Below, in pieces: positions 1-12,659 of a stretch of DNA of 64,000 nucleotides (position 1 is its first letter; each line of letters begins with the position of its first letter). The translations under genes were made by a program, and so were the position numbers. Source of the stretch: Antechinus flavipes (Eukaryota); contig NC_067400.1 of NCBI RefSeq assembly GCF_016432865.1, positions 13,206,001-13,270,000 on the forward strand. The letters run 5' to 3'. A model generated the notes under the pieces. The model searched no databases. It was not told the origin of the DNA and was given only the letters and a program-made list of their open reading frames with translations.

Positions 1-300
1 TAATATTTGTCTCACAGAGTTGTTCTTAAAAACATCAAATGAGGTAACATGAAAACAGTGTTGCAAAACTGAAGGCCCTACTATGCTATGTAAATAGCAG
101 CTATTATATTAATAGAATCAAAGGATTTAGAACCTTTGAGTTCATCTATCCTGACCAGCTCATTTTCTGGAGGACAATGAGAAACAGAGAAGTTTAAATC
201 ACACAGCTAATAAGGGAGATGCCCAACTCTCCCAGGCCAGTAGTATGGTTCAGTCCAAGGTTCCCTATGATGATGACTCCATCTCTGGACACAGACAAAT
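1..300. mobile_element. Adjacent MIR (+) and MIR3-like (-) CORE-SINE fragments
   Basis: 'ctcacagagttgttcttaaaaacatcaaatgagg' resembles the MIR core/3' part; 'gatttagaacctttgagttcatcta...cattttctggagga' resembles antisense MIR3. Degenerate. Confidence 0.55.
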
Positions 301-469
301 GTGAACATGAACATCAGAAGCCCCTGCTTAGAACCAGACCACTGGTTCTACTTCTGGTCATTCAAGTTCTGGATATCTGGGTTGAATCCTATTACGTGGG
401 GGAGACAGAGAGAAGTTGATGAAATATGTGGCTTTCGAGTATCATGTTGACTTAATTAATGACTAAAAC

Positions 470-835
470 TGCATTTGCAAGCTAAGTCAAGAAGCATTTA
501 TTAATTACTTATTATGCTGCATTGGAGATACAAAAAAAAAAAAAAGCAAAAACCCAGTCCCTCCCTCAGAGAATTTACTTTCTAATGGGATACACAATGG
601 TAAATAATTTGGTAAATACTTAGATATAAACAGAGAATGTTAAAAGTGAAATAACTAATAGTGAGGGGACTGAGAAAGGACTGTGATTTGAGCTGAGTCT
701 TGAAGGAATTCACGGAAGTTTTTGTGCTCAGCATTCCAGCCACGAGAAAGCAGTCGATGCAAAGACATCAGAATTGGAGACGGAGTATCGTATTGGAGGA
801 ATTGCATCAAGACCGGTGTTATTGGGATCCGGATC
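470..835 (-). mobile_element. L2 LINE fragment
   Basis: 'gctgagtcttgaagga...agcattccagccacgagaaagcagtcgatgcaaagac' and 'cagtccctccctcagagaatttac' match antisense L2 3' motifs. Explains the first part of ORF 700..1071. Confidence 0.6.
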
Positions 836-1509
836 TATGGAACCAAAAAGAGAAAATAGGACACTTAGTATTGTTCATATGCTATGGATATAGTCAGGAT
901 ATGTCATCCGTTTCTCTTGTCATCACTCTCTATGGACAAACAATCAGCCTCCAGAGTGATTTTGAAAGCAGATTCATCACCAGCTGTAGTTCAACTCTGG
1001 TTCCAAGAGAGCAAATTATCCTGTGGTATTGTGTCAATACAAAGAAGGTTTGGAGATTTTCTGCTACCTAACCAGTAAATTTCAATGTATTTTAAAATTG
1101 TACTGCTTCATAATCTCTAACGTGGTAATCAAGTCCAAATTCATTTTGATTGTCATGGTAAAATTGTACTATTTCATTGGACCTCTTCTCACTTTTTAAT
1201 TTTTTTTATGTTTCTGAAACTTGTTCTGTGCTATAATCCAATTCAAAAGGGGCAACTTGATTTCTGACTTTTGATCTTTGGATTAGCCAGACACATCTGT
1301 CACACAGTTATGAATCAATGACTATTCACTGCTATTAATAATGGTTGACAATATATTTTATTTATTGATTTTTACTTAAAGTTAAATGTTATTCTTCAAC
1401 TCACCCTGAAGCACGGCTCATATTCGTCTATCTTTTATTCTCTGGGACATGTCTTGAGCAATGATAATGATATCAACAGTGACAACAATGATAATAAAAC
1501 GTGTAAATC

Positions 1510-1565
1510 ATCTTGAATTGTCAAATTTCAAATGATACAAAGCTGGGAAGAATAACTGTCATTGG
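1510..1565 (+). mobile_element. L3/CR1 reverse-transcriptase fragment
   Basis: 'aaatttcaaatgatacaaagctggga' reads as the CR1 motif KFADDTKLG with a 1-bp deletion and one substitution. Confidence 0.5.
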
Positions 1566-1574
1566 ATTAGAATA

Positions 1575-1760
1575 CTATAAACAATTTAGGACTAGAAACA
1601 ACCTTAGAGAATATGTTTTTTAACCCTCTCACTTTTTTAACAAGGAAATTGAGGTCGAGAGGAGTTTATTGTTCTTGTGTCACTTAAGCTGTGAGAGACA
1701 CAAGATTTGAATGTGCATCCTTTGAATCCAAATCCCATGCTTTTCCCTCTGGATCACACT
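1575..1760 (-). mobile_element. MIR3-like SINE
   Basis: 'tttaggactagaaacaaccttagag...aaggaaattgaggtcgagagg...gatttgaa' antisense CORE-SINE pattern. Confidence 0.6.
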
Positions 1761-2204
1761 TACCTCTGATTAAGATCCACAAAAACTCAACAGGTTATAG
1801 ACTGAACTGAAGCCAATTAGACATGATTAATAAAGACTGATTTAAGGCCTTTAGTTTATAAAAATCAATTTCACTCATATGGCATAAGGAAGATGAGGCA
1901 GAGTTCATTTCAATATAAAGAAAATTTTCTGCTCTCCAAAAGTGCATTAGGTTGCTCCCTATTATGTAGTATATCCCTTTTTAAGTAGTAGCATCCCTTC
2001 ACTTACACATTTTCAACTAGATTTGTACTGCACACTCTCTTCTTTGGTATATTAAAGATGAGATTCTTAATCATGGTATTGAGATAAGATTGGATGTCTC
2101 TGAAGTTACTTCCAAGTCTCCAACAATATGAGTCAATCACAGTTTCATGCTGTTTTTGCCATTGTGTCTGAATTTAACATTTTTCTTTCCCTATCTATTA
2201 TATA

Positions 2205-2432
2205 TTACTGACACTGAAAAATCTGAAGTCATCCATTGCATCCCAGATCATCACTAGTTGCCTTGACTTTTGTCTTGCCACTGGACTTTGATGATTCTGG
2301 AAGAGATTTTTGACGCTGACTATTTCATTCAACTTTGCTTTCCTTAAATCTAGTTTACATAGGAGTCAAGCTATAAACCTGTGGTTCTACTGGTCCTCTT
2401 CAAAAATGAAGGGCAAATGACAACAACAACAA
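2205..2432. mobile_element. Marsupial RTE-related non-autonomous repeat fragment (WALLSI/RTESINE-like; family name uncertain)
   Basis: 'ttgacttttgtcttgccactggactttgatgattctggaagag...ggtcctcttcaaaaatgaaggg...caacaacaac'; similar to the right half of 41455-41965. Confidence 0.6.
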
Positions 2433-3454
2433 TATTCCTGCACATTTTTTAAAAAGTTCTCTTCCAATTTCATTTTTTCTAGGTAAAATTATTTAAAAAT
2501 ATTTTTGAAATCCATTGTCCCACAAGTCAGACAGTTATAGGATTACTTTCAAAAGACACTATTAAATTGTATATCCTTTGACCATTTATCAATTGGGGAA
2601 TGATTCATATTCTTATAGACTTGACAAAATTCTTCATACTTTGACCTGATAATCCCTGATACCTCATGTATTGTGGGCAAGTGGTATGGACTTTGGATGT
2701 GCTATTTATCATTTAATATGGTATAAAAAATAGCTCAGTGTAGTCACTAGATAACTAGCCTTGGAGACAAGAAGACTTGTCAAGGCATAGCTCTAATGAA
2801 CTCTCTCAGTACTATGGGAAAGTTAATTAATATTGTAATACTCTCGGTATCCTTCTCAGTAGCCTTTAAGTTATAGACAAATTGTCATTCTTAATTGGTG
2901 AAGGAAGTTTCTGCACCAGAAGTTCCCTGCACCAAAGATACTTGAAGTGTGTATATAAATGTATAATATGAAGTGTTTATATATGTATACAAATATGTAT
3001 ATATGTATATTCTTATGGTATGATTTTTACATGTGGCCTCTATAGTAGAGCATATTGTCAGCCAAATGGTATCTATCACGTCATTAGGGTTCAATGGTTA
3101 TTTGCTGATAAGAATGATATCTGAACTTTATATATAATTTTAAGTTCTATATAAATATATGTAGAAATATGTTTATATATGCATTTATTTGTGTGTCATA
3201 TATAATATAGGTATTTTTGGAGAGAATGAGGGTGATAGACAGAGAGAAGATATAGAAACAGAGACAGAAAGAAACAGAGAGACAGAGAAAGAACTGTCAT
3301 GTAGGATATTTCTGTAAATAATTATCATCATAAAATACATTGTAATTATTTGTACTTCTACCATAAAAGAAGACAACTGTGCAATTTTGAAATCACAAAA
3401 GCAATTCCTTAAGTAGTGATCATTTACTTTACATTCTTCATAAGATAGCTATTT

Positions 3455-3575
3455 TTTTATTTCTTTGGTTTTTGGTGAGACAATTGGGGTTAAGTGACTT
3501 GCCCAGAGTGTTATGTGTCTGAGGTCAGATTTGAATTCAGGTTCTCCTGAATCCAGGTCTGATGGAACACCCCAT
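3455..3575 (-). mobile_element. Short marsupial CORE-SINE (WSINE1/Mar-1-like)
   Basis: T-rich tail, then 'gagacaattggggttaagtgacttgcccag...tgtctgaggtcagatttgaattcagg'. Confidence 0.75.
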
Positions 3576-5722
3576 AAGATAATTTTAAATGACAAGCTTT
3601 TCTAATGCATTTTAAATATGATCTAATTTACAATAATTCAATTTACAAACTTCTTTCCAGGAATATTATTATTATTATTATTTTTGCTCAAGAGAATTGC
3701 AGCTGCCCTCTGGTATCCTGAAGAGTTCCAGTTATTGTAAAAGCACATAGTCCATTTTCCTTACAACATCCCTCTGAACAACAACAAAAATTGCCCCGAA
3801 TAGAATTCTGAAATAATCAAAGAAAGATTTCTAGGAAGGACCTTTACAACTACAAAGAACTCATTCATCTCTTTGGAATGACCACATCACAGTGGCCCCC
3901 ATTTACTTTACTCACCTGATATAAGACTTAGTGTCTTTGATTATTTCAATTCTGCATGCTATTACCCAGTGAGTAGGGAAGGCAAAGTTGGCCTTAATGT
4001 CAATAAAAATTCCATTTGCCTCAGACACAAATAAACCCAGATGAATATCTCTTGAACTATTGACATTTTAAGTTACCTTGAGCATAAATTATCTCTTTCT
4101 TATAGCACCTGAACATCTCAGACAATAAACACTGAGCTCCATGACAGTATTTTTTCTCTTTCTTTAAAAAATTAATTGTCATTGTTGGCATAGTCATTTC
4201 TGAAAGTCACTGGAGACAATTCATTTTTCCAAAATTCAATTCGTGTCTAGAAATTACGAAAGACAAGTTAAGTGTTTTTCATAATAAAGTGAGACTTTGA
4301 TCTTTTATGGCAAACACACGATCAAACAAAAAGTGTTTAGCTTTAACTAAATTTAATGCTTCAAAGCTCAGTGATCCATTGACGTATCAGTGAATCACTG
4401 TTGCCAACACTCCCTTTACTAACAACAATTTGCAATCCCACCATCCCTGGTAAATTATCTTCATGAGTTACTGAGGCAAAAAAAAAATTATTACCTAATA
4501 GAAAAGTCTCTAGGGATAAACCTTATTTAACTTAATTAGGCTTATCTTCATGTGAGAGTTATATAGTCCTTCATTGAGACTGAACATTTAAAAATGCTTT
4601 ATGAATATACTCTTCTTTTTAAAACTATCACAAACACTTTCTGATGAGTCCTCCTTTTCAATGAAGCTTACATTCTTCATTAGATGTTTACTCTTCAGAG
4701 TAGACTCTTGAGTATACAGTATCTTAGGGCAGGTATTATTTTCCCCCTTTCTTTATGTCCTATCTCAGCACAGAGCCTAAATCTGATAAATATTTTTAAA
4801 GTGTTTGTGGTTGGATAAGAGATTGGTGGTTAATAATAGTCAAATAAAATAAATCAACACATTGTTCAATTAGGAAAATCATGCCTCATTCCATACTTAC
4901 TGTGGAGTATTTCTTTACAAAAGGTGGGAGGCAGTCTTAGTGATCAAGGTGTTTGAAGGGGAGATAGTTCTCTGTGCTGATCATAATTCTGAAGTCTTAA
5001 AGTGATGTTTTCTTTTATTTTGGTCATCAGATAAATTGTGATCTTGATTTTGTTTAGTTCATTCTGAATCAATTTATGCAAATTTTAAACTTCTCTGGAT
5101 TCTTCTTATTTATCTTTCCTTTTGGCTTAGTTTTATTAATTCTATTCTTTTCTCATTTGTAAAATAGGATACAATAATAATCTTTACTCATAGGATTATT
5201 ATGAGGATTAAATTATATGATGTAGGCAACATACTTTGTATATAAAAATCATAAATGAGAACTAGTGTGACTTGAATCTTTGTCCTTTTGTTCAAAATGA
5301 TGAAGCTCCTGCTCGACTAAATAACCATTAGCTTTTCTTACCACACTGAATCAGTAGAGTGAGTCCTTAATATTCTAAGGACATGCCTGGAATTAGCACA
5401 AGTACTAGGTACAAGATAAATGTTTGGTGTGATCATTTATACCACAGAAATTGGCAAATGAGGAGGTAGATTCAATATGGTAGAGAGAAACAAGGAAGTT
5501 TCCTGACCTCTCTCATTTCCTTTGGAAACAACATTAAATCAAGCCTCCAAATGGATTCTGGAGTGATGGAGTGAAACATTTTTCCAGGTTACTATAACTT
5601 AGAATAACTTCAGGAAATGTCTTTCTCAGGTCAAAGGAGATCCCAACTCAATGCAGATGGTGTCCAGGCAAAACAAAGGGAAGCCCTTAGCCATAGCACA
5701 GATCAACAACTGATGTCCCTCA

Positions 5723-6440
5723 ATATTTTTAATATACTGTACTTGTTTTATTTTTTATTTTTTTATTATAGCTTTTTATTTATAAGATATATGCATGACT
5801 AATTTTTCAGCATTGATACTTGCAAAACCTTTTGTTCCAATTTCCCCCTCCTTCCCTCCATCCCCTCCTCCAGATGACAGGTAGACCAATACATATTAAA
5901 TATGTTAAAGTATGTGTTAAATACAATATATGTAAACATATGAGGAGGCAGATTCAATATGGTAGAGAGAAACCAGGAAGTTTCCTAACGTCTCTCATTT
6001 CCCTTATTTTATTGCACAAGAAGAATCAAACTTTGAAATAATATACAATTAACTTGTGAAGGAAATCAAAAATGCAGATGGACAAAAATAAAGGGATTGG
6101 GAATTCTATGTAGTGGTTCACACTCATTACTCTGAGTTCTTTCACTGGATATAGCTGGTTCAATTCATTATTGTTCTATTGGAACTGATTTGTTTCATTT
6201 CCTTGTTGAAGAGGGCCATGTCCATCAGAATTGATCATCATATAGAATTGCTGTTGAAGTATATAATGATCTCCTGGTCCTGCTCATTTCACTCAATATC
6301 AGTTCATATAAGTCTCTCCAGGCCTTTCTGAAATCATCCTCCTGGTCATTTCTTACAAAACAATAATATTCCATGACATTCATATACCACCATTTATTCA
6401 GCCATTCTCCAATTGAGGGGCATCCACTCAATTTCCAGTT
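5723..6440 (-). mobile_element. 5'-truncated younger L1 3' end nested in the old L1 5'UTR
   Basis: T-rich tail, then 'ttattatagctttttatttataagatatatgcatg'; flanked by direct repeat tgatgtccctca at 5711-5722 and 6441-6452. Confidence 0.9.
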
Positions 6441-7511
6441 TGATGTCCCTCAGTCTTAACTCAACAGGCCAATGGAACAGCAGGCCAGCTTTGAGTTCCA
6501 GCCTCAGCCCAGAAGGAAAATTGCCAGCTCTGGTACTCAGCACAACAGACACAACAGAGCCTAGTAATCACCTTACTGTGGTGAGAAATCTGCAAGCTCC
6601 TGAGGCGCTGACATGGAAAGCCAGTGACCAAACTTCTGTCCACCAGACAAAAAAGCTTGGAACAGTGCTCCTGGTGCCACAGGATCTGAATTCATTTTTT
6701 TTTTTTAATGAGCAAAAAACTAAAAAAGAACCTTGACCATAGAAAACTACTACTGTGACAAGGAAAATCAAAACAAAAATACAGATAAGGACAACAATGG
6801 CAAGACACTTCCATATAAAACCTCAAAGAAGGTTTTTTAAAAATCAAGTGAGGGAGAAAAATTGGGGGAAAATGAGAGTTATGCAGGAAAATTAAGGGAA
6901 AAAAGATCATTTTCTTGGAAAGGGAAGACCAAAAATTGACTGAGGAATACAAATAGAAAAGGAGGTACAGAAATTGATTGAAGAAAATTATTCCTTAAAA
7001 TTAGAATTGGCTAAGTGAAATCTAATGACTATGAATATCAAGAACCAAACAAAATCAAAATGATATATTTTTTTTAAAAGAAGAAAATGTAGAAAAACAA
7101 CTGATGTAGAAAATAAATCCAGGAGAAAAACATCTTAAAATTATCAGACTTAGAACCATGATTTAAAAAATAGTCTGGACAACATCTTTCAAGAAATTAT
7201 CAAGGAAAATTTCCCTGATATTCTAGAAGTAGAGGGTAAAATAGTCCTTGAAGGATTCCACTGAATACTTCCTGAAAGAGAGCCCAAAATTAAAACTCCA
7301 AGAAACATCATAGCCAAATTCCAGAATTAGCAGGTCAAGGAGGAAATTCAAATATCAAGGAGCCACAATCAGAATTACATGGGACTCAGCAGCTTCTACA
7401 TTGAAGGAACTTAGAATATGATATTTTAAAAGCAGCTACCCAATCAAGAATTAGCTACCCAGCAAAATTGAGCACAATTTTTCATGGGAGAAAATGGAAT
7501 AAAATAGGAAA

Positions 7512-8665
7512 TTTTTTTGTGGTATTTGCCAATTTTCTTTTTTTCATAATTATAACTTTTTATTGACAGAACCCATGCTTGGGTAATTTTTTTTTACAAC
7601 ATTATCCCTTGCACTCACTTCTGTTCTGACTTTTCCCCTCCTCCCCCCACCTCCTCCCCCAGATGGCAAACAGTCCTATACATGTTTTTTTTTTTTGAAA
7701 AATAAAAAGCTTTAATAAACAAAAAGAAGTTAGTTAAATTGATCATCTTTCTCTAAACTAACAATATTAAAGGGACTAAATAGATGTAAGTTCAGCCTAG
7801 TACTGACTTTCTCTAAGGAGAGCAGAGAAGTCAAATTATCCAGCTTTAACTTCTCCTTCTGGCAGGAATTAAAATCTCTCTTCTTTTTTTTTTTTAAATA
7901 ACTTTTTATTTACAGAACCCATGCCAGGGTAATTTTTTTACAACATTACCCCTTGCACTTACTTCTGTTTCGATTTTTCCCCTCCCTCCCTCCACCCCCT
8001 CCCCCAGATGGCAAGCAATCCTTTACATGTTAAATAGGTTACAATATATCCTGGATACAATATATGTGTGTAGTACTGAACAGTTCTCTTGTTGCACAGG
8101 GAGACTTGGATTCAGAAGGTATAAATAACCCAAGAAGAAAAACAAAAATGCAAGCAGTTTATATTCATTTCCCAGTGTTCTTTCGCAGTGTTCTTTCTTT
8201 GGGTGTAGCTGCTTCTGTCTATCCTTGATCAATTGAAACTGAATTAGATCTCTTTATCGAAGAGATCCACTTCCATCAGAATACATCTTCATACAGTATC
8301 GTTGTTGAGGTATATAATGATCTCCTGGTTTTGCTCATTTCACTTAGCATCAGTTCATGTAAGTCTCACCAGTCCTCTCTGTATTCATCCTGCTGGTCAT
8401 TTCTTACAGAACAATAATACAGAACATAACGTTCATATACCACAATTTACTCAACCATTCTTCAATTGATGGGCATCCATTCATTTTCCAGTTTCTAGCC
8501 ACTACAAAGAGGACTGCCATAAACATTTTGGCACATACAGGTCCCTTTCCCTTCTTTAGTATCTCTTTGAGGTATAAGCCCAGTAGTAGCACTGCTGGAT
8601 TAAAGGGTATGCATAGTTTGATAATTTTTTGAGCATAGTTCCAAATTGCTCTCCAGAATGGCTGT
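7512..8665 (-). mobile_element. Composite young L1 insertion (L1 3' end + 187 bp non-L1 + second short L1 3' end) nested in old L1 ORF1
   Basis: TSD ataaaataggaaa at 7499-7511 and 8666-8678; right copy continues cttt/aa (L1 endonuclease-type site); L1 3' ends at 7896-8665 and 7545-7684; T12 tracts at 7685-7696 and 7884-7895. Confidence 0.88.
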
Positions 8666-11600
8666 ATAAAATAGGAAACTTTAATGAAATAGGGGGCTTT
8701 CAAACTTTTCTGATGAAAAGATCAGAGTGAAACAGAAAATTTGATCTTCAAATATAAGGCTAAAGACAAGCATAAAAAAGGAAACAGGAAAGGGAAAAAT
8801 TTATTCATTAAGATCAAACTGTTTATATCCCTACATGAGTGGATAATACTTATAATTCTTAAGAACTGTATCTCTATTAGGACAGTTATAGGGAGTATAC
8901 AAAAACATAGGGTGTGAGTATAAGCTGAATTTGATATGAAGATATAAAAAAATTAATGAAAAAAGAATTTTAGTGGGAGAAGATGAAAGGAGGAGCAGAA
9001 CAGGGTAAATTACATCATATGAAGAAACACAAAAAACCTATTATAAGAAGGAAAAAAGAGAAAGAATAAACATCATTTGAACCTTACTCTTATTAGATAT
9101 GACTCAAAGAGGGAATAACATACACAGTCAGTTAGGTATAAAAATTAACTTGCTATTTAGAGAAGTAGGAGGAAATCATAGGAGAAAAAGGAAAATAAAA
9201 GGGAAGAGGAGGTTGATAGAAGGGAGGGCAGAAGTACAAAGGAAAGGAAGAAAGAAAAGAGTGGGCTGATAGTAGGAAGGACAGATTGAGGGAGGTAGTG
9301 ATGAAAAGCATATTAGTAAGAAGGGACAGGGTGAAAGGAGAGAGAAAAGTATAAATGGAGGGATAGGATGGAGGGAAATACACAGTTAATAATGATAACT
9401 GTAAATGTAAATGGGATGAACTCTCCTATAAAAAGGAAACAAATAGCAGAATGGATTAAAAACCAGAATCCTGTAATATGTTGTTTACAAGAAATACAAA
9501 TGAAGCAGAGAGATACACACAGGGTGAAAGTAAAAGTCTGGAGCAGAATATATTGTGCTTCAAATGAAGTAAGAAAAAGCAGGGTTAGCAATCCTGATCA
9601 CAGACAAAGCAAAAGCAAAAACAGATCTAATTAAAACTGATAGGAAGGACACTAAATCTTGACAGAAAGTATTGAAGACTATGAAGTAATATCAATTCTG
9701 CACTTAGTTGCACAAAGTAGTATAGCATCTAGATTCTTAGAGGAGAAGATAAGGGAGTTACAGAAAGAAATACACAACAAAACTATACTAGTAAGAGATC
9801 TCAATCTTTTTCTCTCAGAACTATATGAATCTAACCTCAAAATAAGCAAGAAAGAAATTAAGGAAATGAATCAAATTTCAGACAGAGAAAAACAGAGAAA
9901 GAAAATTATAGACCAATTCCACTGATAAATATCAGTGTTTAAAATTTAAACAAAATATCAGCAAAGAGATTATAGAAATTTATCATTGTTATAACCAGGA
10001 AGGATTTATGCCAGGAAATCACAGCTGGTTCAATATTAGGAAATTTACTAGTATAATTGAACATAGCAATAATAAAACTAGCAGAAATCACGTGGTGATC
10101 TCAATAGATGCAGAGAAATCTTTTTGACAAAATAGAACACCCATTCTTATTAAAAACACCAGGAATAAGGTAAATAGGAATAAGTAAAGCAGTATCTATC
10201 TAAAACCATCAGTAAACATTATTGCAATCTCTATTGCAATGGAGATAAGCTAGAATCATTCCTAATAAGATCAGGGTGAAACAAGCATAATCACAAGAAT
10301 TCTCATCACCACCACTTTTATTCAATACCATACTAGAAAAAGTTAATTATAGCAATAAGAGAAGAAAAAGAAATCAAAGGAATTACAAAACTCAATGAAG
10401 GAAACAAAATTATTACTCTTTGCAGGTGATGTGGTGGAATACTTGGAGAATCCTAAAGAATCAACTGAAAAACTACTTGAAATAATTAACTTTAGCAGAG
10501 TTGCTGGATATAAAACAAATTTCTAAATCATTAGTTTTTTTCAAATATTACCAAATTCTACTTAAATTACTTAAATTCTACTTAAATTAAGTTTGGGAAA
10601 TATAAACTATTTGGGAGTCTATCTGCTAAGATAAACGGGCATTATATGGTCACCATTATAAAACATTTGTCACACAAATAAAATCAGATCTGAACAATTA
10701 GAAAAATATCAATTGCTCATGAATATATCAATGTAGTAAAAATGACAATTCTGTCTTCATTAATTTACATGTTCACTGCTTGTTGGAACACACAATCAAA
10801 AATTATTTTATAGAGCTAGAAAAAAACTAACTATAAACAATTCGTTTGGAAGGACAAAAGGTCAAGAATATTAAGGGAATTAAAGGAAACAATGCAAAGG
10901 AAGGGGATCTAGTTGTATCCGATCTAAAGCTATACTGTAAAGCAGAAATCATCAAAACTATTTGGTACTGGATAAGAAATAAGGTGGAAGATCAGTGAAA
11001 TGGGTTAGGTACATAAGACATAGTGGTCAGTGACCAGACTAATCTACTATTTGAGAAACCCAAAGGCTCTATCTTTTAAGGTAAAATCTCACTTTGTGAC
11101 CTGAAAGACTTACATGAACTGATACTGAGTGAAATGGACAGAACCAGGAAAACAGAAATATTGTGGGATGATTATCTATGACTGATATACCTCTTCTTAG
11201 CAATACAATTATCCAAGACAATTACAAAGGACTCATGGTGGAAAATGCTATCCACACTCAAAGAAAGAACTGTGGATCCTGAATGCAGATCAAAACATAT
11301 TATTTTTATTTATTTTCTTTCTTGTGGGTTTTCTCCTTTTGTTCTGATTCTTTTTTTTTTTTTACAACATAACTAATGTAAAAATATATTCAACATGATT
11401 GCACAGGAACAACCTACATAGAATTGCTTGGTGTCTGGGGAAGGGGGGAGGGAATGTAGACAGGAAGAATTTAGAATAAAAAATCTTACAGAAATAAATG
11501 TATTTACATGCAATTGAAAAAAATACTATTAAGTGGAAAAGAATCAACAAATTATACTATCTGGCCTGGACATATTAGTAAATTGTTAGATTTAAATTGA

Positions 11601-11899
11601 TGGAAAATTTGTTAATAAGGCACTTTAAACTTAAAGATTTATTCTGCAGCCATTTTGAGGGAGAATCATTTAGCAGCATACTCCTTCTTGTCTCCCCATA
11701 CATCACACAACACATACACACACACACACACAGAGAAATACATACAGGCAAAATTGTATTATGAGGCAAGTTTTCATTCACATATGCTTTCACTTCAATG
11801 TTTCTAGCTGATTGCTATTGTATACATTATATAGCTTTGACAATTTAAGATCATGTCCATATGGCACCAAAATAATTATTTTTAAAAAGCATGTTGAAT

Positions 11900-12085
11900 G
11901 CTATTGGAACAGCACTAGATTTGGAATTAGGGGACTTTGGCTTGAATTCTAGCACTGCTACTTGATAGTGTGATTTTGGGCAGATAAATTTATGTTTGTG
12001 GACCTCAATTTATTTTTGTATATTTATAAAATGAAGGTGTTGGATTAGATAACTTTCAAAGTTTCTTTTAACTAAAACCTATGAG
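11900..12085 (+). mobile_element. MIR3-like SINE
   Basis: 'ggaacagcactagatttggaatt...ataaaatgaaggtgttggattagataactttcaaag' (CR1-type tail). Confidence 0.65.
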
Positions 12086-12659
12086 TTTAAACTCAATCAA
12101 TTATTCAATCAATGTTTTACATATAGACATCAAATTATTTTTTCATGGAATTAACTTGTATTTTTCCCTATAGAATTAACTTATTGTTTTGGCCTTTCAG
12201 TGACATAGTCTATTTAGACTATTTAGTGACATAGTATATTTTTCCTTTAAGTAGGAGGAAGGGAAGACATAGAAACAGGTAGAATAAATGCTAAGATCAT
12301 AAATGCTGTCCCCAAGGCCAATAATTCTACTAAGTTCTATGTTTATCTTTCCCTGGCTTGTCCATGACTACAGGCTTCCAAAGGTTTCCAAAGGTATGTT
12401 TACCCTGAATTCATACATCTTTCAAAGGCTGCAACTCCCTTTGAACTTGAGGATAAAACAGTATATCCCCCAACTAGATCAAACCTCTTGAATATAGCTT
12501 TTATAGCCTTGCATTCAGGACAACAGAAACAACTCCCTGATGTGTGTTATCATCCTTCCTAGGACTAGAGATTATAAATGCAATCCAGATTTATGAAGAA
12601 TGAAGAGAAATAAAAAAAGATAACATGTAACATGCTTTACAAACTTTAAAGTACTATGT

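Larger units (their letters stand above)
5461..11545 (+). mobile_element. Old near-full-length L1 (5'UTR, ORF1, ORF2 EN/RT remnants, 3'UTR), internally deleted and interrupted twice
   Basis: 5' end 'ggaggtagattcaatatgg'; ORF1-like 6900-7500 and 8680-8800; ORF 9368..9634 reads MITVNVNGMNSPIKRKQIAEWIKNQNPVICCLQE (L1 ORF2 endonuclease start); RT remnants 9900-11090; 3'UTR to about 11545. Many stops and frameshifts. Confidence 0.9.

Noticed and set aside
700-1078. Two overlapping ORFs (123 aa and 64 aa)
   Set aside because: The 5' part is antisense L2 and the rest has no recognisable domain.
5297-5349. C/D-box snoRNA-like motif pair (ATGATGA ... CTGA)
   Set aside because: Only about 53 nt, no convincing terminal stem and no recognisable rRNA or snRNA guide.
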